A stretch of 64,000 nt of DNA from an uncultured Chloroflexia bacterium (GCA_963765765.1 CAVXYC010000027.1:185651-249650), one strand, 5' to 3'; positions 39,986-50,079 are shown, counted from the stretch's first letter. Notes: a model not told the origin generated them from the letters alone. Numbers and translations are program-made.

Positions 39986-41494
39986 GGGTGTAACCAAAAG
40001 TTGTTGAAGAGCGGGTGGTGAGACCGGAGCGGATGGGTTACGCTGCGAACGCGGATTCTCATGCCGAGGCGGCCGGGGCAGTGAGACGCCCCGGCCGCGA
40101 GGAAGGTCGCATGGACGCGGAGAACCTTCCCGAGACGATTGTCGCACCGCTCGCCGCCTGTGCCCACCGCTTGGCGGCTTGGGCGCGCGCCCACCGCGAT
40201 GCCTCTCTGACGGATCTCGAGCGCCAGGTCCAGACCGAGCTGCGCACCGTGGCCCCGACGCTGGTCGCCGGGATGATCGCGGCTACCCAGCGCAGTCTGG
40301 ATCCCGGGCTCCAGCGCGACCGGTCCCGTTGTCCGGAGTGCGGCACGACCGCGCCCACGCACAGCTGGCGTTCCCGCCAGGTGGTCACGGTCTGCGGCCC
40401 GGTCCGCTGGTCGCGCCCGTGGGCGCACTGCCCGACCTGCCGCCACGGCTGGAGCCCGACCGACCGCACGCTGGGCCTCGCGCCGCACCAGCGCCTGAGC
40501 GGCCCGCTGCGCGCCTGGCTGGTCCGGCTGGGGGGCGCCACGGCGTTTGCCGAGGCCGCCGACCTGCTCGAGGACCTGACCGGCCTGGCCGTGAGTCCCG
40601 AGACGGTGCGCACCCAGACCGAGGCCGCCGGGGCCGCGCTCGATCAGGCTCAGCAGGCCGACCGCGCCACCGTCGAACGGACGCGGGCCCCGGCCGGGCC
40701 GGTGGACGCCGCCCCGCACCAGCTGGTCGCTGAAACCGATGGCGTGCTGGTGCGCTTCAACGATGGCTGGCACGAAGTCAAACTCGGCGTGGTCGGCGGC
40801 TGGGATCCGGCTGCGCCCCCGGAACGGCAGCGCTTGGAGGCCCCGAGTTACGTGGCGGCCCGCGAGCCGGTGGGGCCGTTCGCCGGGCGCTGGGGCGCCG
40901 AAGTGGCGCGGCGGGGCGGCCTGGACATCCTCGGCGTCGATGGCCCGGTCACCGGGCCCGGGCTGGCGAGGTTGCGGGCGGTTGTCGTGCTAGGCGACGG
41001 CGCGCGCTGGATCTGGACGGCGGCTGCGGAGCAGTTCGGCGAGCGTCTGGAGATTGTCGATTGGTACCACGCCAGCGAGCATGTCTGGACCGTGGCCCGG
41101 GCGGTCTTCGGCGCGGGCACCGCCGCGGCCGCGGACTGGGTCGCGGTGAGCCTCGCCGGGCTGTGGAGCGCCGGGGCTGCAGCGGTGCTGGCGCGCCTGC
41201 GGGAGCTCGTGCCGCCGACGGCCGAGGCGCGCCGGGTGGTGGCCACGGAGCGCGGGTACTTCCAGAGCAATCGCCAGCGGATGCGGTATCCGGAGTTTCG
41301 AGCTCAGGGGCTGCCCATCGGGTCGGGCGCGGTGGAATCGGCCGCCAAACACCTCGTCCAGCAGCGGATGAAACGGCCGGGCTGTCGCTGGTCCAGCGCC
41401 GGAGGCCAATCGCTGGCCGTACTCCGGGCCCACCACGCCACGCTCCATGCCCGGGCCGCCTAGGCCCCCAAACCCACAACTCTTGGTTACACCC
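39986..41494 (+). mobile_element. Complete insertion sequence, ISKra4/ISLre2-type, 1509 bp
   Basis: 19-bp TIRs GGGTGTAACCAAAAGTTGT / ACAACTCTTGGTTACACCC (1 mismatch); 9-bp TSD GGTCCATGA at 39977-39985 and 41495-41503; visibly higher GC than the flanks. Confidence 0.93.
40015..41463 (+). CDS. DDE transposase (ISKra4 / UPF0236-type)
   Basis: CxxC...CxxC zinc ribbon; DG, GDGA.WIW, DWYHA.EH and GLPIGSGAVESAAK motifs. The start may be ATG 40111. Confidence 0.9.
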   Translation: MVRPERMGYAANADSHAEAAGAVRRPGREEGRMDAENLPETIVAPLAACAHRLAAWARAHRDASLTDLERQVQTELRTVAPTLVAGMIAATQRSLDPGLQRDRSRCPECGTTAPTHSWRSRQVVTVCGPVRWSRPWAHCPTCRHGWSPTDRTLGLAPHQRLSGPLRAWLVRLGGATAFAEAADLLEDLTGLAVSPETVRTQTEAAGAALDQAQQADRATVERTRAPAGPVDAAPHQLVAETDGVLVRFNDGWHEVKLGVVGGWDPAAPPERQRLEAPSYVAAREPVGPFAGRWGAEVARRGGLDILGVDGPVTGPGLARLRAVVVLGDGARWIWTAAAEQFGERLEIVDWYHASEHVWTVARAVFGAGTAAAADWVAVSLAGLWSAGAAAVLARLRELVPPTAEARRVVATERGYFQSNRQRMRYPEFRAQGLPIGSGAVESAAKHLVQQRMKRPGCRWSSAGGQSLAVLRAHHATLHARAA

Positions 41495-41592
41495 GGTCCA
41501 TGACGACGATACGCGACAATCGAGCGTCCGTCCCCTCCGTCTCCGATGGAACAGGCGGCCACCATGTTCACATTGAAGGAGATAACAAGCCC

Positions 41593-42497
41593 ATGCAGAT
41601 CGGCATCTTTCTCCCCACCTCAACTCCAAATCCCAGCCCCGAGGCCATTCTGGACTCCGCGCGGATCGCCGATCAGGGCGGCCTTGACTCCGTCTGGGTC
41701 ATTGATCGCGTCATGTTCCCACTCATCGAGGCATATACCGCCCTCGCGGCAGTCTCGGCCGTCACTTCACATGTGACGCTTGGCACGTCCGTATTACTCG
41801 GGCCGACTAGAGACCCAATTCTCCTGGGCGCTCAGACAGCGTCGATCGACGTGATGTCCGGTGGGACGCATGGTACTGGGACTCGGCGTAGGCAGCCGGG
41901 AAGAGGATTACACCGTTACTGGCAAGGACTTTCATACGCGCGGGCGGCGGTTGGACTCGGACATCGAAACGATGCGCCGCATCTGGGCAGGTGAATCGCT
42001 CGTAGAGGGCTTCGCACCCATCGGTCCGCGCCCGGTGAATGGCTCCATCCCCCTACTTTTCGGAGGCTCTTAGCGATGCCGCGATGGCGCGCGGAGCCCG
42101 CGTTGGCGATGGACATCTCTGCGTGCCACGCGGCGTCGAGATTCAGGCGCAGATGTTCGAGAAATTCAAAGGCGCCTGGACCGCGGCCGGACGAAGCGGA
42201 AAGCCACTGCTCTACGCCCAGGGCTACTTCTGCGTGGACGACGATATGGAGCGCGCCCAGGAGCGCATCGCCGACTATCAAATGTACTACTACGGGCGTC
42301 GTCCACGGGCCAGCGGTGGCACGGCGCAGCAATCCGAATTCGATTTGGTTGGACCACCCGAGGCGATAGCGGAAGCCATGACCCGCTACGCCGCGCTAGG
42401 CGTAGACGGCCTCGTGCTATTGCCGGCCACCGGCGAGCTCAGCCAGATCGAGTCGCTGGTGGGTCCAGTCATGGAGGCTTTTAAGAAGGCTTCGTAG
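41593..42497 (+). CDS. LLM class oxidoreductase, two apparent frameshifts
   Basis: MQIGI.LP, DSVWV.DR, R.P.LL....SID..SGG, then GRMVLGLGVG.R..D and the C-terminus in successive frames. Confidence 0.8.
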
Positions 42498-42568
42498 CGG
42501 CTCGCGCAAATCCGTAAAGAGCCTGCGACGGGCCGGACGCCCGCGGCGCAGGGCTCTCCCGATCACGC

Positions 42569-43524
42569 CTAAAGATCGATTTCACGGCCGGCGCCGAGTC
42601 TCTCCGCTTTCTCGAGAGCGAATTTCGCGATAGCGATGTCCTCAGTCCCTACGCCAATGGTGTCGAAGAGATTGATCTCCGAGGCGCTCGCTCGGCCAGG
42701 GATCGTACCGGACACGATGTCCTTGAGCTCGTGCACGCGGTCCCAGGTTAGGGTCCCGCGTTCGACAGCGTCGCGTAGCTCGCCACACTCACCCTGCGCC
42801 TGGGGCAGATGCTCCACAACGATCGTTCCGCAGCGGTCCACAACATTGCTGTGGAGCTCACGTCGCTCCGGCGTAGTGGCGCCGACACCGCAAACGAACG
42901 TGCCATCACGGAGCCACTCGCCATCCACAATTGGGTCCTTCGCAGACTGGTGATAGTCACCACAATATCAACGTCGCGCACGCATTCATCGGGCGTGGTC
43001 GTGGGCACTACCTCAACACCCAGCTTCTGACTTACGTCGCGCGCATAGCTGGCGCGATTCTCCTCTGACCGACTCCAGCATCGGAACTGACGCACGGGAC
43101 GCACGCGGCTCACGGCCAGGGCCTGCTCACGGGCCTCACGTCCGGTGCCGATCATCCCGACTACTGACGACTCGGGCCGCGACATCAGCTCCGTACCCAA
43201 TCCTGACACGGCTCCTGTCCGAATCTCAGTAAGCTGCCGGGCGTCGACGATACCAAGCTGCTGCCCAGTCTCGAGACTGTAGACGTGGACGAGATATCGG
43301 CTCGCTCGAGCGATTCCGCCATAGGCTTTGAAGCCAAAGACTTGGTAGCCGTAAGCCACACCGGCCTTGATCCGGAAGAAACCGTTCGGGATCGTAAGCT
43401 CCGTCGTTGGATGGTTCTCAGCCGCACCTTCCGACTCATGGCGGAACAGGTCATGGATCACCTGGCGTGCCTCGTCGGCCGAGACGAGCGCTCGAACGTC
43501 GTCGTTGGAGAGGTAGCGGAGCAT
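42569..43524 (-). CDS. Ornithine cyclodeaminase / mu-crystallin family protein, frameshift near 42940
   Basis: LTEIRTGA, IGTG.EA..Q, DIVVT.T; the second piece carries ELxDIVSG..PGR and D..G...EDIA. Confidence 0.85.
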
Positions 43525-43540
43525 TTGTTGCTATCTCCTT

Positions 43541-43566
43541 AGAACTAATTAGGAGAACTAATTAGG
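43541..43566. repeat. Perfect 13-bp tandem duplication AGAACTAATTAGG x2
   Basis: Directly upstream of the RBS of the cyclodeaminase gene; each copy contains the palindrome CTAATTAG. Confidence 0.7.
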
Positions 43567-43656
43567 TTAGATATTTCGAGGCGCGGACGAGAAGACCCTA
43601 CCCCAGGCCCTCCCGTGCGCGGGGAGGGGCCGGGACTGGGATTTCCTTGGAACGGC

Positions 43657-44658
43657 TTAAGTTACGAGTCTCGTAAAAACAGCCCTCGCATTGTCTTCGT
43701 AAATCGAATGTCGCTCAGCATCCGTCAACCACGCTATGCCATCGATCATTGGCTTTATGTCGTTTAATGACCGCCCCGTCTCCGGATCTGTAACCGAGCC
43801 ATTGGCCGGCTTATCGCTCCCGAAGAGACATCGATCCACACCGACGACTTTGAACAAAAGCTCTAACGATTCCTCGTTGTAGAGCACGGTGTCGTAGTAG
43901 AGCCGACGCATGGTCGTGTCAAAACTCTCCAGCTCCTGTCCTCCGCGGGCCATCTCATTCAAGCGGAAGGCACGCCCTCGGCCAACCTGGTAGGGAATCG
44001 AACCGCCGCCGTGGCCGACGATCAGTTTGAGTTTGGGGAAATCCTTGAAGACGCGGGAGCGGAGAATGCCGTACGCGGCGACACTTTGCTCACTGATGAA
44101 GTATCCCAGCTCCGGCTCCCGCGAAAAACGAAACGGGCCGCCATGGATGAGTCCAGGCACGTCTAGCTCCACCATCTTCTCGTAGAGCGGATACCAGTAC
44201 TCGTCGCCCATGTGCGGAGTCTCGACGGCGCCTTCACCTGGATCTGGATTAATCTTGCAGCCGACGAACCCGAGCTCGGTTACACATCGATCAAGCTCCG
44301 CAACGGCTCGGGCTAACCCCGTCGCGGGAGATTGGGGCAACGCCGCCAGGCCGCGGAAGCGCTCAGGGAAGAGCTGAGTCGCGCGACCGATCATGTCATT
44401 GGCCGCTCGTGTCACCGCTTCCACAACTGCTTCACGTCGATCTCCCGTGGGGACAGCCCACGGTCGCGGTGATACGAGCTGAAGCTCGGTTCCGACGCTA
44501 TCGACCTCATAGATGTGGCCGGTGAGGCTCTGGGCAATGAGCTCATCAGGCAAATCAGGCCGGCTCGGTCGGAATGGACCCTGCGCAGCTTGCAGCTCCC
44601 TGCTAAACGCGTACAGCTCCGCGGGCCCGGTGACATGCGCGTGAGTATCAATGATCAT
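43657..44658 (-). CDS. Amidohydrolase_2 family, 4-oxalomesaconate hydratase (LigJ)-like
   Basis: MIIDTHAH, SPR, LPQSP, GFVG..INPDP, WYPLYEKMVELDVP..IH, F.DFP.LK....HGGG..PY, FGS. Confidence 0.8.
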   Translation of the reverse strand: MIIDTHAHVTGPAELYAFSRELQAAQGPFRPSRPDLPDELIAQSLTGHIYEVDSVGTELQLVSPRPWAVPTGDRREAVVEAVTRAANDMIGRATQLFPERFRGLAALPQSPATGLARAVAELDRCVTELGFVGCKINPDPGEGAVETPHMGDEYWYPLYEKMVELDVPGLIHGGPFRFSREPELGYFISEQSVAAYGILRSRVFKDFPKLKLIVGHGGGSIPYQVGRGRAFRLNEMARGGQELESFDTTMRRLYYDTVLYNEESLELLFKVVGVDRCLFGSDKPANGSVTDPETGRSLNDIKPMIDGIAWLTDAERHSIYEDNARAVFTRLVT

Positions 44659-44833
44659 GCGGCTCCCTCCAGCAGTTGAGGACTACAGCCTGGCGAGCAT
44701 GGTACACGAGAGCTGATTCCCGTGGGTGTGTGCGACGAGCACGACTCTAGCGAGCTCGCGACTCATCCAATTCATTGACTGTCTGCGTTCAGCATGGTAC
44801 CCGGTTCTCTTATCCGTTCAAGGAGAGCCAACT

Positions 44834-46153
44834 ATGCTTAGCCGCGAAGAGAACGAGCTGCTGTGTCGAGTGGGACCGGGTACGCCCATGGGTACGATGA
44901 TGCGCCAGTACTGGATTCCCGCGGGGCTCTCCAGTGAATTGGCGGACTCTGATGGACCCCCACTCCGGGTGAAACTGCTCGGTGAGAACCTCATCGGATT
45001 CCGGGATACCAATGGCACCATAGGACTCGTTCAAGAGAACTGTCCGCATCGCGGCGCGTCGCTGTTCTTTGGTCGCAATGAGGAGGCCGGGCTGCGTTGC
45101 GTGTATCACGGCTGGAAGTTCAATGCTGACGGCACCTGCGTGGACATGCCAAATGAGCCGCCAGAAAGCAATTTCAAACACAAGGTGCGAGTCACTGCGT
45201 ATCCATGTGTGGAGCGCGGCGGCATCATCTGGACGTACATGGGCGGTAAAGATACGCCTCCGCCGATGCCGAACATCGAGCCCAACATGCTGCCCGATGG
45301 CGAATACAACATCCAGATCTATCAGCGGGAATGCAACTGGATGCAGGCGCTCGAGGGCGATATCGATACGTGCCACACCGGCTTCTTGCATCTCGGCAGC
45401 GTGTCGCCGGAGGAGACGCCGGAGGGATCCTGGGCCCGTGTAGCGCTGAGTAATCGAGCGCCTCGTTACGAGGTCGTCGATACCGACGCCGGAACGATGT
45501 ACGCGGCGTATCGACCAGCCGACGCGGACACGACGTACGTTCGCATCGCTCAGGCGCTATTCCCCTTCTACGCGATGACGCCAACCGGCGTGCTCGGACT
45601 GGAGATCCGCATACGAGCCTGGGTGCCGATGGACGACGAGCACACCCTGGCACTGTCAATCAATGCCGTCACCAATAGACCAGCCGGGAAGCTCAAGGGC
45701 AAGCAAGTGCCAATGACCGAGACGTTACCCAACACATCCGATTGGTACGGTCGATTCCGGTGCGTTGCGAATCGCGCCAATGACTATCAGATTGATCGTG
45801 AAGCTCAGCGCACCAACGAAAGCTATACCGGTATCAGCAGCATCTTCATGCAAGATCAGGCCGCGACCGAGAGTATGGGACCGATCTACGATCGAACCCA
45901 CGAGCGCCTTGGGACGAGCGATCTCATGATAATTCGCACGCGCCGACGGCTTATCGCGGCCGCTCGAGCACTCCAGGAGTCTGGGACCCCGCCGCCCGGG
46001 TCGGAAAATCCTAACGCGTACGCGGTTCGATCTGGCGCTGTGATGATTCCGAAATCAGCGAGCTGGGTGGAAGCAACGGCCAAGCTCCGTAAGGGGTTCG
46101 TCAATCATCCCGAGCTTACGCGGGACGTCCTGGGAGGCGTTCCGGCCGTCTAG
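44834..46153 (+). CDS. Rieske aromatic oxygenase, oxygenase subunit (phthalate 4,5-dioxygenase / LigXa-like)
   Basis: CPHRGA...CVYHGWK Rieske motif, EG.IDT.H..FLH iron site, QD.A.TESMG. No reductase adjacent. Confidence 0.9.
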   Translation: MLSREENELLCRVGPGTPMGTMMRQYWIPAGLSSELADSDGPPLRVKLLGENLIGFRDTNGTIGLVQENCPHRGASLFFGRNEEAGLRCVYHGWKFNADGTCVDMPNEPPESNFKHKVRVTAYPCVERGGIIWTYMGGKDTPPPMPNIEPNMLPDGEYNIQIYQRECNWMQALEGDIDTCHTGFLHLGSVSPEETPEGSWARVALSNRAPRYEVVDTDAGTMYAAYRPADADTTYVRIAQALFPFYAMTPTGVLGLEIRIRAWVPMDDEHTLALSINAVTNRPAGKLKGKQVPMTETLPNTSDWYGRFRCVANRANDYQIDREAQRTNESYTGISSIFMQDQAATESMGPIYDRTHERLGTSDLMIIRTRRRLIAAARALQESGTPPPGSENPNAYAVRSGAVMIPKSASWVEATAKLRKGFVNHPELTRDVLGGVPAV

Positions 46154-46188
46154 CCTGAGAGCTGGTATCTGTCATCAAGCACTAGCGA

Positions 46189-46276
46189 TTGTCATCCTGA
46201 GTGCAGCGAAGGATCTTCCCCAACGAACTCTAGGACCCAGGCGGGAGAGAACCTTCGCTGCGCTCCAGGATGACAA
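46189..46276. repeat. REP-like element (TGTCATCCTGAG..GCGAAGGATC type)
   Basis: TTGTCATCCTGAGTGCAGCGAAGG ... CCTTCGCTGCGCTCCAGGATGACAA between convergent genes. Confidence 0.7.
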
Positions 46277-46358
46277 CGACTCTGCGGTTACTAGACGCGG
46301 AACCTGACGAGTAGCGACTGATCACCGGCCAGCGCGGGCCGCACACGACCACGGCGCC

Positions 46359-47519
46359 CTACCAGGAATCCGCGGGATCTCCTGTGCAAAACGGCGACAG
46401 GTTCCGCATGCGACACGGCACGCCGCGCTTGCGAAGCTCTTCCTCGAAGACCGCATGCACCTCCGGGTTCTCGTCCGGGTACTCCGTCTGAATGCCGCCG
46501 TCCTTCACATCCACGTCTGCGGAATTTCGATCCGTGCGGCTGTCGATCTCCCAGCGGTTGTTTACGAACTTTCGGGACTTGGTGAGCCGCAGCACGATGT
46601 ACGTCGCCGGTGCCGGCGAGACGTTAAAGTGCTGGTGGTACCAGCCGCCCGAGCCGCAGCCGCTCAGGAAGAGGCTGCCAGGCTCCCAGTCATAGCGAAT
46701 CATCGGCTCGTCATCGCCGCGCTGCGTGGTCGTGTATCCCTCGCCTTCCAGCATAAAGATGTGCGAGCCGGGTGGGCTGCGATGCCCCTTTTTATAGGTC
46801 CCCGCCTGGAACCGCGAGATGTGCGACTCGATCGTCCCACCGTTGAGCATGAAGAACGCGTTGGTGCCACCGCCACCGCGCTCCTTCCACTCCCACAGCT
46901 TCATGCGACGCACGTCCGGCTCGAAGTTCGTCTCCCACATGCGGCCGCGCCACAGCTTGCCCTCGCCGCTGAAGTAGTCCTGCTCGCCGTTGTAGCGGTC
47001 CCTGAACGCGTGGTTGTTTTCGAAGATGAACGACTCGTCGTGAAACTGGCGCAGAAGCACTGGCAGGCTTGTGACAGAGTAGAGCCGCGCCGGTTCCGAG
47101 CCACTGCCATTGTGGTACTGGTAGCGGCAATTAGTGGGTACCGCGAAGAAGCTGCCCTCGCCCCACTCAAACGTCTGCGTGGTCTGCTCATCGAACCAGA
47201 CCGTCGTGGCTCCGCGACCGCCCAACACGTACACGCACTCGTCGTACAGGTGCCGCAGCGGGTTGGTGGAGCCGCCCGGCGGAATCTCGACGACATGTGA
47301 GTCCCACTGATCGTCGCCGTCCAGGTAGACGATCGCGCCCTTCACGCCCTTGCGCGGCCAATCACCCAGCTCCGCCGTGCGCAGGTTGCGCACGTACACG
47401 CCGCCAATGACCGGCACACCCTCGCGCTTTTGCCATTCCGCGTACGGGTCCATTCGCTCCGCCAGTGGAGCAATAGCCGCCTCCTGAGCCGGAGCGTCCT
47501 GGATATCAAGAGCCATCAT
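46359..47519 (-). CDS. Bicupin protein (gentisate-dioxygenase-like fold, function unknown)
   Basis: RHLYDE..YVL.GRG.T, YKKGHR, GEGY and WYHQHFN cupin motifs. Confidence 0.75.
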   Translation of the reverse strand: MMALDIQDAPAQEAAIAPLAERMDPYAEWQKREGVPVIGGVYVRNLRTAELGDWPRKGVKGAIVYLDGDDQWDSHVVEIPPGGSTNPLRHLYDECVYVLGGRGATTVWFDEQTTQTFEWGEGSFFAVPTNCRYQYHNGSGSEPARLYSVTSLPVLLRQFHDESFIFENNHAFRDRYNGEQDYFSGEGKLWRGRMWETNFEPDVRRMKLWEWKERGGGGTNAFFMLNGGTIESHISRFQAGTYKKGHRSPPGSHIFMLEGEGYTTTQRGDDEPMIRYDWEPGSLFLSGCGSGGWYHQHFNVSPAPATYIVLRLTKSRKFVNNRWEIDSRTDRNSADVDVKDGGIQTEYPDENPEVHAVFEEELRKRGVPCRMRNLSPFCTGDPADSW

Positions 47520-47667
47520 GCTGCCTCCTCGTCTTTTCGATTGCCCGGTTGGCGGAATCTCAGGCTACCTCCAGCATTGTGGTCGCAGTTAGCCCACGCG
47601 TCAATGAGATACCGAAGTCGGAGAATCGGTCGTCATACATGTATCTCGCTAACGCCTCCGGCCGAGG

Positions 47668-48300
47668 TTGTTGACTTCATCTTCAACATCCCCAACTCCG
47701 CGCCCCCACAACGTAAAAGCGTGTGATCGCCCCGCGGGAATGGGGATCGGCGAGCATGGCCTTCGAATGGAGCCGAGCTACAGTCGGAGCGTTGGAGTGG
47801 CGGAGTCGATTCGCGGCAACAATCGCCCCATCACACGACTGGGACTCACCATCGGGTTCATCTCCTACGAGCCCAATCCCAATTTGCACACCAATGCGAA
47901 TTATGAGACCGCTCTGGCGTTTGATTTCTCGACGCTTCGGGAGGCCAACAAGCGCTATGGAATGTCGTCCAGCCACAACCTGGTCTGGACGGAGTCCCCG
48001 ATCATCGAAAACGTGAGCTCCAAGGACACCTGCGTGGCGGCCTGGGAATCCCGAAGATCGCGTGGCGCGGCCTGACAAATCAGCTCATCTCATATGAATG
48101 GGCCGCCGCGCGGCGGCAACTCACCCTGGAACATCAATTCGATCGCCTACGGCTGGCTGAAATCGGCCGACAATGAGGCGCAGGGCATCCTCCTCTGGAG
48201 CACCTTCGACGGCGATCTCGACTTCGACGGCTTCAGCTCGCAATGCATGTCCACCATCGCCGACCCCGCCCTGGAGATCGTCTACACGATCCTCAAGTAA
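47668..48300 (+). pseudogene. Disrupted, 5'-truncated remnant of a probable secreted protein
   Basis: Two same-frame ORFs separated by TGA 48073-48075. Coding-like codon use near the 3' end; WNINSIAYGWL...GILL resembles extracellular beta-domain C-termini. Confidence 0.35.
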
Positions 48301-48433
48301 GTGAGCATTACAAGCGCATCTGTTCATGCACTGCTCCATGTCGCCCCTGAAGCAAGCTCCGACCCGGTGCTACGGTCCGCGTGCGGGGTCCGCCCCAAGG
48401 CGGTATACTCAAGGCGCGTCTCCCGAGACGCAT

Positions 48434-48473
48434 CGGGCCGTAGCGCAGTCTGGTAGCGCACCTGAATGGGGTT
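48434..48473 (+). tRNA. tRNA-Pro(GGG) 5' half only, truncated after the anticodon loop (probable att site)
   Basis: CGGGCCG TA GCGC AGTCTGGTA GCGC A CCTGA AT GGG GT; no T arm or 3' acceptor strand CGGCCCG follows. TATACT -10 element at 48404-48409. Confidence 0.85.
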
Positions 48474-48567
48474 TAACTAGTCTCGGTGGCGGCCATTGCG
48501 GGCTCTGGTGAGTTCGAACTGGGTCGTGGAAGCTCCAAAACGTACAGGAAGATAGGTAGTCGCAATT

Positions 48568-48587
48568 CCCGGCTTCGGCCGGGTTTT
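48568..48587 (+). terminator. Intrinsic terminator downstream of the tRNA fragment
   Basis: CCCGGC-TTCG-GCCGGG-TTTT (UUCG tetraloop). Confidence 0.75.
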
Positions 48588-49281
48588 GCTATTTAGGTGG
48601 TCGAACGCAGTCGAAACCACTATTCGATGCAGCTCCGCCGCCGCAGTTGCTCACAAAGGTGGCAGTGACAATGGATCGAATCGGACTAAGCCAGTCACGA
48701 AGTGTCCGACGTTTAGCGGGAGTCGTAATGTGTCATGGTGTCCGCAGATTCCAAACGATCGAAGTCCTCGGGCAAGCCGTTCGGCAGAGAAGCGCTCAGA
48801 ACCCTGGACCTGACTCTGTTCGCGAATGAGACGACGGACGAAGCTCTGAATCGGCTCCCCGGCTCTTTTCGGTGAGCGCACCTGATCGCCAGCTCCTTGC
48901 GACTGATCGCGATGTTATAAGGGTATCGCCCGAGTGGGAACCTCTTCGGTTCAACCTGACCCATAACCGTTGAGTCAATACATTATGCTCCCTTATTAGA
49001 CAATCGTCAATCATGATGGTAAAGGCAACACATTGCCCTCGTAGGAAGCCAGATCAGGGCTCGCGAGTCCCGAGTCTTATGGCCCAGGGAATCGATCAAC
49101 TCGCCGAGCTCTTGGTCAAGTCCGCCCCCAGACCCCACGTCATGGTTTTTGGTCGGGCCTCCGGGTCAGACTTTGACGTTCCTACCGTTTCCCAGTACTG
49201 TCATGCACGTCGGGTTGGCAGAGTTCACTAACATAGACCTCTCGGCGACGCCACCCAGATAACCGACAGGGAGGAAGTACC

Positions 49282-50079
49282 GTGGGCATCGTGACGTCTC
49301 CAGGTGCGAGCTATGGCTGGCGCGCAACGGTTGGCTTCATTCTTCCGGGCGATAGCTCGGCCGAAAACAGCGCGTACGAGTTCTATATGATGGCGCCGCC
49401 TGGTGTGATGATGTCACACACTTCTCTCCATGTGGAGGGGATGAAACAAGAGTATTTCGATGCGGCCATCGGCCGAGCAGAAGACGCCGTCAAGATCCTG
49501 CTCGAAAGTGAAGTCGATTCGATCGTGGCTGCCGGCGTGCCTCCGATCATCACCCATGGATGGGGGTTCGAGGCGGACGTTTTAGCGAAAGTCAAGGCTC
49601 TGACAAGTGTACCCGCGATCACCGACATCGGCGCATGCATCGAAGCAATGTACGCACTGGGAATGAAGCGGGTGGTGATGCTGACCGGCTTCAATCCGGA
49701 GCGATACGGAGATCAGATGCACAACTATCTGACCGACTATGTGAGCCACGCTGAAATCGAAGTTCTAGCGTCCGATTTTGTCTATACGTCTCCCCCTACA
49801 GCGGTAAGGCGTGCACCTCTTGCTGTACCCTACCGCGCCGCCAAGAAGCTCTACCGCTCGGTTGACTCCGCCGATGGCATCTGGATTACCGGTGGCTTCA
49901 TGCCGTCTTGTGGGATGATTGACGCTCTCGAGCAGGACACGGGCGTCCCCGTTGTAAGCAGCAAGCAGGCGCTCACCTGGATCGGGCTTCGCATGGCGGG
50001 AATTCGAGACCGCGTCGAGGGCTTCGGAAGGCTATTCGAGAAGGACTGGCCCCCGCGCTCCCGGTTCTTTCAGGGATAA
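49282..50079 (+). CDS. Asp/Glu racemase superfamily protein (maleate isomerase / arylmalonate decarboxylase-like), paralog A1
   Basis: YGWRA.VG.I.P, EFY.MAP.GV, LE.D.GVPVVSS.QA..W..LR..G.....GFGRLF; RBS GGAGGA. Confidence 0.85.
   Translation: MGIVTSPGASYGWRATVGFILPGDSSAENSAYEFYMMAPPGVMMSHTSLHVEGMKQEYFDAAIGRAEDAVKILLESEVDSIVAAGVPPIITHGWGFEADVLAKVKALTSVPAITDIGACIEAMYALGMKRVVMLTGFNPERYGDQMHNYLTDYVSHAEIEVLASDFVYTSPPTAVRRAPLAVPYRAAKKLYRSVDSADGIWITGGFMPSCGMIDALEQDTGVPVVSSKQALTWIGLRMAGIRDRVEGFGRLFEKDWPPRSRFFQG

Noticed and set aside
48073-48075. In-frame TGA between two ORFs as possible selenocysteine readthrough
   Set aside because: No recognisable SECIS or redox motif. An alternative frame (LGIPKIAWRGLTNQLISYEW) suggests compensating indels instead.
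48473-48592. Group I or group II intron in the tRNA-Pro
   Set aside because: Only about 120 nt, lacks GUGYG/AY ends and P/Q/R/S cores, contains a terminator, and removing it still yields no T arm or acceptor stem.
48875-48885. 11-nt copy (AGCGCACCTGA) of part of the tRNA fragment
   Set aside because: Too short to distinguish from chance and lacks the anticodon-loop core expected of an att duplication.
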